Notes under the pieces: generated by a model
Seen by the model: only the letters and a program-made list of their open reading frames with translations
Told to the model about the DNA's origin: nothing
The model's database searches: none
Made by a program: the position numbers and the translations under genes
From: Polyangiales bacterium
GTDB lineage: Bacteria > Myxococcota_A > Polyangia > Polyangiales > Ga0077539
Length of the DNA: 37,363 nucleotides
Assembly: GCA_044376155.1 (NCBI GenBank)
Contig: JBILLI010000003.1
Coordinates: 1 to 37,363, forward strand
Direction: 5' to 3'
In this document: positions 1 through 9,020 of the stretch, piece by piece
Layout: each line of letters starts with the position of its first letter
How positions within the stretch are numbered: the stretch's first letter is position 1

Positions 1-1
1 C

Positions 2-1906
2 TGGTTCCTCGGCAGCGACGCGATGCGGGGCATCCTCGCGGAGCACGTGCCCGTCGCGCGGGTGACCACGCACCCGCGGCTCTCGCGGCTGAAGCACGCG
101 GGCATGAGCTCCCTCGCGAAGGTGCCCCCGCGCAGCGCGATCGTGGCCTTCTCGATGGAGCAGGTCTACGAGATCGCGGAGCGCCTGCGGGTGTTGCGCG
201 GGGGGTGCGCGGTGGTCCTCGGGGCGCTGTCGCCGCGCACGCGCAACGCGCAGGTGGCGATGTACCAGTCCGGCGAGGTGGACTACCTCGTCGCCACCGA
301 CGCCATCGGGATGGGCCTCAACCTCGACGTGCGCCACGTCTCCTTCGCCGCGCTGCGCAAGTTCGACGGCCGCGACACCCGCGGCGTGGAGCTCGCCGAG
401 CTCGCGCAGATCGCCGGCCGCGCCGGGCGCTACGTGCAAGACGGCACCTTCGGCACGCTCGCGCCGCTGCGGCTCGCGCCCGACCTCGTCGACGCCATCG
501 AGAACCACCTCACCTCGCCCGTGCGGCGCATGGTGTGGCGCCGCCACGAGCTCGATTTTCGCTCCGTCGACGACCTCTACGCCTCGCTCATCGAGCCCCC
601 GCGGCGGCCCGGCCTCACCCGCGTGCTCACCGCCGACGACACCCGCGCGCTGGAGTTCCTCGCGCAGCGCCCCGCCGTGCGCGCCCGGCTGCACGCCGAG
701 GCCGACGTGCGGCGGCTCTGGGACGTGTGCTCCGTGCCCGACTTTCGCAAGCTGCTCTTCGAGGCCCACGCGGAGATGCTGGAGTCTCTCTTCGTCGCCC
801 TCGGCGACGGGTCGCGGCCCCTCGCCGAAGACTGGATCGACGCCCACGTCAGCCCGCTCGACACCGTCGACGGTGACGTCGAGACCCTCGTCGCGCGCAT
901 CGCGAACGTGCGCACCTGGACCTTTCTCGCCAACCGCGGCGAGTGGCTCGCCGACCCCGCCCACTGGCAGGAGCGCACCCGCGGCATCGAAGACCGCCTC
1001 TCCGACGCCCTGCACCAACGCCTCGTGATGCGCTTCGTCGACGAGGTCGGCGCCGCGCGCCCCACGGCCGCGAAGACCCCGCGAAGGGTCCCCGTCGGAG
1101 AGTCCCCCGAGGTCTCGCGACGTCACCCCTTCGCGGGCCTCGCGGCGCTGCGCGAGCGCCTCGCGCCCGTGGCCGACCGCCGCACGGTGCTCTCGGACCC
1201 GTGGGTCGAGGCGCTCCTCGAGGCCCCCCACGACGAGCTCCAGGCCGACCTCGCGGGCCGGGTGCGCTACGGCGATCGCGTGGTCGCGCGGCTCATCCCC
1301 GGGGCCGACATCACCCGCCCCGACGTGCGCCTCGTAGACCTCGACACGCTCGGCGCGGGCGCGCGCGCGCGGGCGCAGCGACGGCTCACGGCCTTCGCGC
1401 GGGACCTCGCGGCCTCCGTGGTGGGACCGCTGCAGGGTGAGTTGCCCACCGAGGCCCGGGGCTACGCGTGGCGCCTTGCCCAGCGCCTCGGCAGCGCGCT
1501 GCGGGAGGACCTCGGGGGTGACCTCGACGCGATGGATCCCCTTGCGCGAGAAGCGCTTGTCTCCATCGGCGTGCACATCGGCGCGCGGGCGGTGTGGCTC
1601 CCCGAGGCGGTCCGCGCGGGCTCGCTGCGCACCCGCGCCGCGCTGGTGAGCGCGTTTCACGGGCGCGCGCCGGAGCTCGCGGTGGAGCGCGGGGCGGCCC
1701 CCCTGCCCCGCGGCGTCGACGAGGCGGCCCTGCGCGCGTTGGGCTTTGCGCTCATTGCGGGGTACGCCGTGCGGGTGGACCTCGTGGAGCGCCTGGTCAC
1801 CGCGGGCGAGACCCCCGAGGACGAGCGTGCGCAATGGCTCGGCCTGCCCCGCGCCGCGGCGCTGCGGGTGATTCGCGCGTTGATGGGGACCGCGGGGTCA
1901 TCCTGA
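2..1906 (+). CDS. Suv3-like SF2 ATP-dependent helicase, 5'-truncated by the window edge
   Basis: Frame is open from base 2 (WFLGSDAM...). Contains AIVAFS, GALSPRTRNAQV, VATDAIGMGLNL and QIAGRAGR (SF2 motifs IV-VI of the Suv3 type) plus the IEDRLSDALHQRL C-terminal block. Motifs I/II must lie upstream of the window. Confidence 0.9.
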   Translation, partial: WFLGSDAMRGILAEHVPVARVTTHPRLSRLKHAGMSSLAKVPPRSAIVAFSMEQVYEIAERLRVLRGGCAVVLGALSPRTRNAQVAMYQSGEVDYLVATDAIGMGLNLDVRHVSFAALRKFDGRDTRGVELAELAQIAGRAGRYVQDGTFGTLAPLRLAPDLVDAIENHLTSPVRRMVWRRHELDFRSVDDLYASLIEPPRRPGLTRVLTADDTRALEFLAQRPAVRARLHAEADVRRLWDVCSVPDFRKLLFEAHAEMLESLFVALGDGSRPLAEDWIDAHVSPLDTVDGDVETLVARIANVRTWTFLANRGEWLADPAHWQERTRGIEDRLSDALHQRLVMRFVDEVGAARPTAAKTPRRVPVGESPEVSRRHPFAGLAALRERLAPVADRRTVLSDPWVEALLEAPHDELQADLAGRVRYGDRVVARLIPGADITRPDVRLVDLDTLGAGARARAQRRLTAFARDLAASVVGPLQGELPTEARGYAWRLAQRLGSALREDLGGDLDAMDPLAREALVSIGVHIGARAVWLPEAVRAGSLRTRAALVSAFHGRAPELAVERGAAPLPRGVDEAALRALGFALIAGYAVRVDLVERLVTAGETPEDERAQWLGLPRAAALRVIRALMGTAGSS

Positions 1907-1919
1907 TCGAGAACGCGCG

Positions 1920-2316
1920 GCCCCCTCCACGCTGCCGCTCGCCCTCCCCCACGCTGTGGGCATCGCGAGGGACAAAGTCCCGAAAGATGCTTGTTCTCGG
2001 GTTGAATTCGCGATGCGTGGCCCCCTTCCCCGTCCCTTCCCCCGCCTCGGGGGAAGGGTGGAGAACCACTGCCTCAGGAATGGTCCAGTCGTCTCAAAAC
2101 GCTTGGGGTGCAGCCGTTTCACTTCACACCACGAGTCTCGCCTTCGCGTGGACCATCGCTCCGCCAGCGGCTCTCCACCCTTCCCCCGAGGCGGGGGAAG
2201 GGACGGGGAAGGGGGCCACGAACAGCGACTTCCATAGGAGAACAAGCGTGTTTCGGAAGCGTGTCCCGCGCGATGTCCACGCTGTGGGACAGGGCGCGCG
2301 GCAGCGCGGAGGGGGC
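1920..2316. repeat. Long nested palindromic element, copy 1 (REPIN/MITE-like)
   Basis: Perfect 49-bp inverted repeat 2016-2064 / 2172-2220 (cgtggcccccttccccgtcccttcccccgcctcgggggaagggtggaga), with imperfect complementarity extending out to 1920/2316. Fills the gap between two convergent genes. A homologous copy lies at ~36354-36701. Confidence 0.9.
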
Positions 2317-2321
2317 GATCC

Positions 2322-4502
2322 TCAGCGCTCGACCGCGCGCACGACGTGGAGGCCGCCGCGCACCGACTCCATCACGTCGCGGAGGCGTCGCAGGGACGCG
2401 GGATCGGTGGCCGCGAGGTTGGTGCGCTCGCCCGGATCGTTGGCGAGGTTGTAGAGCTCGAAGCGCCCCACGCCGCGCTCGGTGAGCTTCCAGTCGCCGT
2501 CGATCACGCTGCGGCGCAAGGAGTTGAACGGCCCCTCGGGGAGCTCGATGTACACCGGCCGCGCGGGGGCCTCGGCGCCGAGGAGATCGCCCGCCAGGGA
2601 GACCCCGGAGAGCGCGTCGTCGGCGTCGGCCGCGGGGGCGGTGAGGCGAAGGAGCTCCATGAGGGTTGGAAGCAGGTCGATCTGACTGCGACGGGTGGTC
2701 ACCGTGCGGGGTGAAATCCCCGGCACGCGCAGGAGCAGCGGGACGCGCACGAGCTCGTCCCAGAGCTCGACCCCGTGCCACGCCATGCCGTGCTCGCCGA
2801 AGGCCTCGCCGTGGTCGGCGGTGACGAGCACCATCGTGCGGTCGCGCACCGCGGGCGGGAGCGCGTCGATGGCGTCGAGCAGCCTCCCCACCTGCACATC
2901 GGAGAACATCACCTCGCGGTCGTAGCGGGCGCGCTCCCCGCGACCAAACAGCGGGAGCTCGGGGTGGTCGACGTACTGCTTGTGGGGATCGAAGAAGTGC
3001 GTCCACACGAAGAACCGCCCCGAGGTGCGCTGCGGGTCGCGCAGCAGCGCGAGGGTGCGGTCGGCCACGCGGTGGTCCGCGGCCTGGGTCTCCTGCGTGC
3101 CGCCCGAGGGTTCGGCGGAGAGGTCCCACGGGTCCATGCCCTGCGCGAGGCCGTAGTTCGGGCGGAAGTAGAAATGGCTCGCCGCGCCGAAGCACTGGTA
3201 CCCCCGGTCGCGCAGGCGCTCGGCGAGGAACACGTTCGACGGGAGATACCGGGTGAAATGCGCCCCGTCGCGCGGACACTCCGTGGGGTAGCGACCCGTG
3301 AAGAGCGGTCCGATGGCTCGACCCGTGTAGGAGCTGATGGCGTAGGCGTTGCGCCACACCACGCTCTGCGCCGCGAGGCGATCGAGGTTGGGCGTGATGG
3401 GGTTGGGGTTGCCCGCGTAGTGCGTGTCCCAGCGCAGCGTGTCGACCGTGATCACCACGAGGTTCATCCCCTCGGGGGTCACACTGCGCAGGCTCCGCTG
3501 CGCGACGGGCGTGGGCGCGGGCGGTGCGGTGACCCGTCGCGGCGCGTCTCGCCCCGAGCAGTCTTCGTCGACGTTGTTGCCCGGGAGGTCTGCCGCGCCC
3601 GGGTTCACCGCGGCGTTGTGGTCGTCGCAGTCGCCGCCGCCGAAGGCCCGCGCGTACCCATCACGGTCCGCGTCGGTGCGTCGGCGCAGCGCGCGCAACA
3701 CAATGCGCGGAACCCCGGGACGCGCGTCGACCACCGCCGCGACCTCGTGCTCGCCAAAGTGTCTCGAGGCCTGCTTCAGCAGCGCGGTGGAGAGCAGCAG
3801 GGTCAGCGGCAGCGCGACGCCGCCCACGCGCCGCAGCGCGCGCGCGAGCATCGCGGTGACCGCGACGAGCGCGAGCAGGGTGGTGACCGGCGCGAGGTCG
3901 AGCTCGGGCTTCTTCAGCACCCCGTAGCCCCCGAGGCCCATCGCCGCGAGACCCCCCTCGCCCTGCGCGTCGCCCCAGAAGACCCCGTGGCCCACCACCG
4001 CGAGGGCGAGGGCCCCGCCCACCACGAACGCGCCCCGGATCAATCCCTCGCGCTCGGGGAGCCTCGCCCGCACGACCCGCGTGAGGGCGGCGGTGACGGC
4101 GGCGGTGACGAGCGTGAGCGCGAGCAGGGCCACGGCCTGCGCGAAGCTCGCGAGGCCGGTGTGGTGGTAGGCCGTGAGAAAGTGCCGGCCGGCCCGCGAC
4201 GCGAGGCCCACCCACGCCGCCGACGCGGGCGGAAGGGTCACCAGCAGCGCCGCGATCTCCTTGCGGTGCAGGGAGATCCAGTCGTTGACCTCGTCGGCGA
4301 GGTCGGCGGTGCGCAGGGCCTCCAGCGCGAGCATCGCGGCGCCCGCGCCGAAGCCGGGCACGGTGAGCAACGCGGCCAGGCGCCACGCCATCTCGACGCG
4401 GTGCGAGGGCGGCGCGCCGAGGGCGGTGACGGCGCCGACGAGGACCCCCGCGAGGGGACCCGCCGCGAAGGCGCCCGCGAGTCGGTGGAGGCGTGGAGAC
4501 AT
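2322..4502 (-). CDS. Membrane-anchored sulfatase-like hydrolase/transferase (alkaline phosphatase superfamily) with a MopE-type metal-binding motif
   Basis: Multiple N-terminal TM helices, then DCDDHNAAVNPGAADLPGNNVDEDCSG. Catalytic domain has ITVDTLR, HFFDPH, TADHGEAFGEHG and ELYNLANDPGERTNL. Confidence 0.88.
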   Translation of the reverse strand: MSPRLHRLAGAFAAGPLAGVLVGAVTALGAPPSHRVEMAWRLAALLTVPGFGAGAAMLALEALRTADLADEVNDWISLHRKEIAALLVTLPPASAAWVGLASRAGRHFLTAYHHTGLASFAQAVALLALTLVTAAVTAALTRVVRARLPEREGLIRGAFVVGGALALAVVGHGVFWGDAQGEGGLAAMGLGGYGVLKKPELDLAPVTTLLALVAVTAMLARALRRVGGVALPLTLLLSTALLKQASRHFGEHEVAAVVDARPGVPRIVLRALRRRTDADRDGYARAFGGGDCDDHNAAVNPGAADLPGNNVDEDCSGRDAPRRVTAPPAPTPVAQRSLRSVTPEGMNLVVITVDTLRWDTHYAGNPNPITPNLDRLAAQSVVWRNAYAISSYTGRAIGPLFTGRYPTECPRDGAHFTRYLPSNVFLAERLRDRGYQCFGAASHFYFRPNYGLAQGMDPWDLSAEPSGGTQETQAADHRVADRTLALLRDPQRTSGRFFVWTHFFDPHKQYVDHPELPLFGRGERARYDREVMFSDVQVGRLLDAIDALPPAVRDRTMVLVTADHGEAFGEHGMAWHGVELWDELVRVPLLLRVPGISPRTVTTRRSQIDLLPTLMELLRLTAPAADADDALSGVSLAGDLLGAEAPARPVYIELPEGPFNSLRRSVIDGDWKLTERGVGRFELYNLANDPGERTNLAATDPASLRRLRDVMESVRGGLHVVRAVER

Positions 4503-4509
4503 CGTGCGG

Positions 4510-5253
4510 TCAGGCGCCCTTGAAGACCGGCAGGCGCTTCTCGAAGAAGGCCGTGACGCCCTCGACGCAGTCGGCCGAGCGGAGGCACTCCAGCTGTGCG
4601 CGGCCCTCGTCTGCGTAGGCGGTGACGAAGTCTTTGTGCAGGCCCTCGCGCGCGAGGCGGCGGATGTGCTTCAGCGCGATGGGCGGCCCCGACTCGAGCT
4701 TCGCGATGACCTCGGCCGCGGCGGCGTCGAGCGCGTCGGGCGCCACGAGACGGGCCATGAGCCCGAGGCGGTACGCGTCCTCGGCGGTGAGCTTGTCGCC
4801 CAGGAGCATCATCTCCATCGCCTTCGAGAGCCCGTCGGGGATGAGCCCGCTGCGCACGAAGCCCTCATGAAAGTAGGCGCGGTGCGAGCCCACGCGGAGG
4901 TCACACGCGAGGGCGAGGTCGCAGCCGAAGCCATAGGCCGGTCCGTCGACCACCGCGACGGTGGGCTGCGGCGCCTCGACGAGCGCGCGGAGCAGCCCCT
5001 GAAAGTTCGCGAGGTATCCCTCCAGGGCCTCGAAGAGCGCGGGGCCCGAGGCCGTGGCGTAGCGCAGGTCGGCGCCGCTGGAGAACGCGCCGTTGCGTCC
5101 CGCGAGCACGATCACCCGGGCATCGCCCGCGGCGCGAATGGCCTCGGTGAGCGTGGGCAGCACGGTGGGGTCGAGGGCGTTGCGGCAGTCGGGGCGGTCG
5201 AGGATCAACCAGCGCGCGGCGCCCCGGTCTTCAACATGGATACCGTTCATCAT
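4510..5253 (-). CDS. Enoyl-CoA hydratase/isomerase (crotonase) family protein, PaaG-like
   Basis: LDRPDCRNAL, AFSSGADL, VDGPAYGFGCDLALACD, GLIPD, EGVTAFFEKRLPVFKG. AGGAG RBS before tandem ATGs at 5253/5250, overlapping the upstream stop. The upstream part of the 634-aa ORF is non-coding extension. Confidence 0.88.
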   Translation of the reverse strand: MMNGIHVEDRGAARWLILDRPDCRNALDPTVLPTLTEAIRAAGDARVIVLAGRNGAFSSGADLRYATASGPALFEALEGYLANFQGLLRALVEAPQPTVAVVDGPAYGFGCDLALACDLRVGSHRAYFHEGFVRSGLIPDGLSKAMEMMLLGDKLTAEDAYRLGLMARLVAPDALDAAAAEVIAKLESGPPIALKHIRRLAREGLHKDFVTAYADEGRAQLECLRSADCVEGVTAFFEKRLPVFKGA

Positions 5254-6527
5254 CTCTCCTGCGAGGTCGGGTCTGGCGCGATGAAGGGCGTGCCGTCGGT
5301 GACGGTGCGCGTCGCGGTGGAGGTCACCGGCTCGGGCTCGGTCTCGACGCGCTGCGCCGGGGGATCGGCCGACGCGACGAGCATGACGTCGTGCTCGGTG
5401 ACCGCGGTGGCGGGCATCGCGGTGAAATATCGGGTGCCGCGGTACCACGCCGCGAGCTCGCTGAGGAGCACCCGCAGCACCGACGCCACGGGCAGCGCCG
5501 CGAGGAGCCCGACGAAGCCCGCGACCTTGCCGCCCGCGAGGAGCGCGAGGATGACCCCCGCGGGCGGGATCCCGATGCGCCCGCCGAGGATCCGCGGGGT
5601 GACCAGGGTGATGTCGATGAGGTGCACGATCCACATGAACCCGAAGACCGTGAGCACGTGCGACGAGCCGCCGTCGAGGGCGGCGAGGGCCGTGGCGATG
5701 GCGAGGGCGATGAAGAATCCCGCGTAGGGCACGAAGCTCAAGAGCCCCGCGACGACGCCCACGCCCACGCCGCCGGGCACCTCGAGCACGCTGAGCCCGG
5801 CGGAGAACAGGGAGCCCAGAATGGCCATCACCAGGAGCTGCCCGCGCACGTAGCGCCCGAGGGTCACGTCGACGCGACCGGCGATGCGGGTGGTCTCTTC
5901 GAGCGCGCGGCGCGGCACCAGGGAGCGCACCCCGTCGACCATCTTGTGCCAGTCGGCGAGGAGGTAGAACGCGAGGGCGAGCACGATCACCGACTCGACG
6001 ACCCACTCGAGCACCGAGATGCTCGCGCCCGCGGCGCTGACCGCGAGGTCCGCGGCGCGTTGTGCGAACGCCGACGAGCGCACCCCGGCCTGCGCGAGCC
6101 ACGCGTCGACGGTGGTGGGGATGCGCACGTGAAAGCGCCGACGGAGCTGCAGGAGCAGCGAGTTCGCCCACGGGATGAGGGTGTTCTGCACCTTCGCGGG
6201 GATCTTCGACGCAAGGGTGGTGACCTGGTCCACCATGCCCGGGACCACGAGCATCATCGCGAGGGTGGTGGTGCCCGCGAGGGCGAGCAGCACGATCACG
6301 ATGGCCAGGGAGCGCGGCACCCGCGCGCGCTCCAGGCGGTCGACCAGGGGCACCACGACGTAGGCCATCGCCGCGGCCACCATGAGCAGCGTGAGCAGGT
6401 CGCGGAAGTACCACGCGAGCAGCAGCACGAAGACCAGCGCCGCCCAGGGGAGGAGCAGGCGCAGCGGAGAGGTCGGGGTGACCAGTCGCACGGGTCGACC
6501 GTGCGCGCGCGGCGAGGTGAGGTCCAT
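5250..6527 (-). CDS. AI-2E (PerM) family transporter
   Basis: Hydrophobic profile with AYVVVPLVDRLER, LGRYVRGQLLV, LLSFVPYAG, PRILGGRIGIPP and GLLAALPVA. Start is uncertain (ATG 6527 chosen). Confidence 0.9.
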   Translation of the reverse strand: MDLTSPRAHGRPVRLVTPTSPLRLLLPWAALVFVLLLAWYFRDLLTLLMVAAAMAYVVVPLVDRLERARVPRSLAIVIVLLALAGTTTLAMMLVVPGMVDQVTTLASKIPAKVQNTLIPWANSLLLQLRRRFHVRIPTTVDAWLAQAGVRSSAFAQRAADLAVSAAGASISVLEWVVESVIVLALAFYLLADWHKMVDGVRSLVPRRALEETTRIAGRVDVTLGRYVRGQLLVMAILGSLFSAGLSVLEVPGGVGVGVVAGLLSFVPYAGFFIALAIATALAALDGGSSHVLTVFGFMWIVHLIDITLVTPRILGGRIGIPPAGVILALLAGGKVAGFVGLLAALPVASVLRVLLSELAAWYRGTRYFTAMPATAVTEHDVMLVASADPPAQRVETEPEPVTSTATRTVTDGTPFIAPDPTSQER

Positions 6528-6720
6528 GCGAGGGCGTGCGCCGGTCGGAGTACGCGCGAACCCTCCCGGGGTCAACGGTGACGGACTATGTCCGCACCGA
6601 CCCGCCGGGGACTTGCGTGGGGAGGATCACTGTGCGAGTGTTCAGTCACCGCCGCGATGGAACCCGTGAGGGCACTTCGAGGGCGGTGGGGCTCGTCGCG
6701 AATCAACAGGAGCGTGCGTC

Positions 6721-7083
6721 ATGGCAGACGGAGGTTTTTTTCAGGACAGCACCGTGACCCGTCGGATGGAGGGCGCGCTGATGGTGTTTCAGCGCCTCGA
6801 CGGTCTCTGGATGATCGACCGTCTCGGCGAGGCAGCCAACGACGTGAGCCTCGTGCACGACGACCTCGAGACCGACGGTGACGACGAGACCGCGAGCGCG
6901 CGGGCCGACGACCTCGCGACGGCCATCGCGCGGGAGGAGGTCTGCGGGCTCACCGAGGACGAGCGCCGGGCCTTCCACGCGCGACAGCTCCGAAAGCTCG
7001 GGCTGCACCCTGGGAGCACGGGGTCGGCGGCGCTCTGGCGCATCATCACCGACTTCGACCGCTTCGACCCCTGGGCGGCATAA
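6721..7083 (+). CDS. Small acidic hypothetical protein
   Basis: GC3-biased codons from ~6781 on. RBS-like CAGGAG precedes ATG 6721 and GGAGG precedes ATG 6781, so either start is possible. No recognisable domain. Confidence 0.6.
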   Translation: MADGGFFQDSTVTRRMEGALMVFQRLDGLWMIDRLGEAANDVSLVHDDLETDGDDETASARADDLATAIAREEVCGLTEDERRAFHARQLRKLGLHPGSTGSAALWRIITDFDRFDPWAA

Positions 7084-7320
7084 CAGAGAGGTCCTCGCGT
7101 CCCACCGGAAGCGGCGGCACGGAACCGCGGCGGCGCCTCGCGCCATCCTCGCTCTCGCACGCGGAGGTTGTTGGTCACCTCACTCGTCGCGCGGGCCTCG
7201 GCCCATCCGTCCTCCCTGCGACCCGCGTCGCGATCCGCGCGCGGGAGCGAGAACCCGCGGTGCGTCGTCGCCGTTCGCGGTTCCGCGCCGCTGCTTCCCG
7301 TGAGACGCGTTGCTCTGTTA
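7081..7320. repeat. 240-bp imperfect foldback (MITE-like) element
   Basis: Termini TAACAGAG (7081) and CTCTGTTA (7320). Arms 7096-7129 / 7276-7309 are 30/34 complementary; inner arms 7148-7165 / 7234-7251 are 16/18. Confidence 0.75.
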
Positions 7321-7365
7321 CGGTTCCGCGCGCCGTGGCCCCTGCGCCGCGCAACTCCCACGCTG

Positions 7366-8883
7366 ATGCGCCCGCGCCGCCACTCCATCATCCCCGCCCT
7401 GCCCCTCGTGGGCATTGTCACCACACTCACAATCCCGTCGGCCGCGCAGGCCCAGGGGCAGGCGCCGCGGGTGGGGGTGGGTCCCTTCGTGGGTGAGCGC
7501 GCGGCGCTGACCCGCGCCATGGTGCAGAGCGTCTTTACCGAACACACGGGCGAGATCGAGCTCTTGCCCGCCACCGAGGTGCTGGCCGCCGCGAACCGCG
7601 AGGGGGCCACCGACGCCGACGAGGCCTCGGCCCGCACGCTGGGTCGCACGCTGCGCCTCGACCACGTGGTCGTAGGCACCGTCGAGCGCCGCGGGCGGAG
7701 CTACTACCTCCGCGTGCGCGTGCTCCGCGGGAGCGACGGCGGCAGCGCGGGGAGCGCCTCGTGGGAGTTCGACCGCGTCGAAGAGATCGAGGCCCTCCGC
7801 GGCGAGATCTGGACGCAGCTCTCGGCCTCCTTTCGCAGCCGCGGCCGCGCTTCAAGTTCCACCCCGCCCGCGTCCCCCAGCGGCGGCACGCGCATCGACG
7901 ACGGCGCCCGCACCACCCCCGCCCCCGCGACCCCCGCGGCCGAGACCCCCACAACGGAGTCACCCGCTGCGAGTGAGCCCCGCCGGGACGCCAGCGCCGT
8001 GCCCCCGCTGGGCTGGCTGCACATCACCGCCATGGGCGGCATCGCCGGCCGCTCGTGGCGCGTGCCCGTGCTCGGCGAGCGCACCGCGCGCGGGTACCAG
8101 AACGGTCTCTACGGCGAGCTTGGCCTCTGGGTCGCCGCGATGGTCACGCGCTTCAACGAGGGGCGCATGGGCTTCGGCTTCGAGCTCGGCGCGCGCCTGC
8201 CGGTGGGCCTCGCGTCGCAGGGCCGCGACGCCGACGGTCGGGTGGTGGCGCTGTCGACCACGTCCTTCGAGGTCTTCGTCGGGCCGCTGCTGATGTTCCG
8301 CCCCAGCGGCGGCGGACAGGTTCGCCTCGGCGTGGGCTTCGCGTACCACCAGTTCGACCTCGACACCGCGCGGCTCGCCCCGGAGATGCGCCTCGCGCCC
8401 GTGACCTACCTCGGGCTGCGCATCGCGGGCGAAGGCACCGTGCCCCTCGTCGCGAAGCCCGACCTCGAGGTGGGCCTGCTCGTGGGCGGGGAGCTCCGGG
8501 TGGCCGCCGCGGGCGCTGAGATGCGCGAGGCCTTCGGGCAGAACCCCGACACCACCACCGGCCTGGGCGTGCTGCTCGGGCTCATGGCCCGGCTCGATCG
8601 CGCGGCGCCGGGCCTCGGACTTCGTGCGACCGCCGAGTGGATGCGCTACCGCACGCCCTTCGCGGGCCCCGGTCGCATCGGCACGGGCAGCGACTCGGTG
8701 GACGACTACACCCGCTATCAGCTCGCGGTGACCTACACCTTCGGCGCCACCGCGCCCGCACGCCGCGCCGAACCCGCGGCCGACGCCTGGACGGGCGGAT
8801 CGCGCACGGAGGGTTCCGACACCGCCGCGCCCGCGCAGGAGGCGCCGAGCACGCGCAGCGAGGGTGATCCCTTCGGGCGGTGA
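7366..8883 (+). CDS. Secreted hypothetical protein, probable outer-membrane beta-barrel with an N-terminal periplasmic alpha/beta domain
   Basis: Signal peptide ending AAQA|Q. N-domain includes LDHVVVGTVERRGRSYYLRVRV, followed by a Pro/Ala/Thr linker and alternating amphipathic strands ending YQLAVTYTF. Confidence 0.7.
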   Translation: MRPRRHSIIPALPLVGIVTTLTIPSAAQAQGQAPRVGVGPFVGERAALTRAMVQSVFTEHTGEIELLPATEVLAAANREGATDADEASARTLGRTLRLDHVVVGTVERRGRSYYLRVRVLRGSDGGSAGSASWEFDRVEEIEALRGEIWTQLSASFRSRGRASSSTPPASPSGGTRIDDGARTTPAPATPAAETPTTESPAASEPRRDASAVPPLGWLHITAMGGIAGRSWRVPVLGERTARGYQNGLYGELGLWVAAMVTRFNEGRMGFGFELGARLPVGLASQGRDADGRVVALSTTSFEVFVGPLLMFRPSGGGQVRLGVGFAYHQFDLDTARLAPEMRLAPVTYLGLRIAGEGTVPLVAKPDLEVGLLVGGELRVAAAGAEMREAFGQNPDTTTGLGVLLGLMARLDRAAPGLGLRATAEWMRYRTPFAGPGRIGTGSDSVDDYTRYQLAVTYTFGATAPARRAEPAADAWTGGSRTEGSDTAAPAQEAPSTRSEGDPFGR

Positions 8884-9020
8884 CCCCGTGGCGCGAGCGC
8901 CCCGCCCGGCGCATGCGCGCCTCGCGGTCGGTGAACACAACGATCGGGAGTTCTCGTCGAGAGCGGGGTCGGCACACGCGCTGCACCACGCCCAGGCACA
9001 TCCCCTTCGAGGAGCCTCCC

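Noticed and set aside
1797-2485. Short ORFs over the palindrome (e.g. 1898-2245, 1956-2237), with similar ORFs at 36068-36739
   Set aside because: Their mutual similarity just reflects the DNA repeat. Similar peptides appear on both strands because of the palindrome, and there is no codon bias or recognisable motif.
6730-6742. T7 tract as a terminator or slippery site
   Set aside because: No adjacent stem and no second frame to shift into. It may simply lie in the 5' UTR if the start is 6781.
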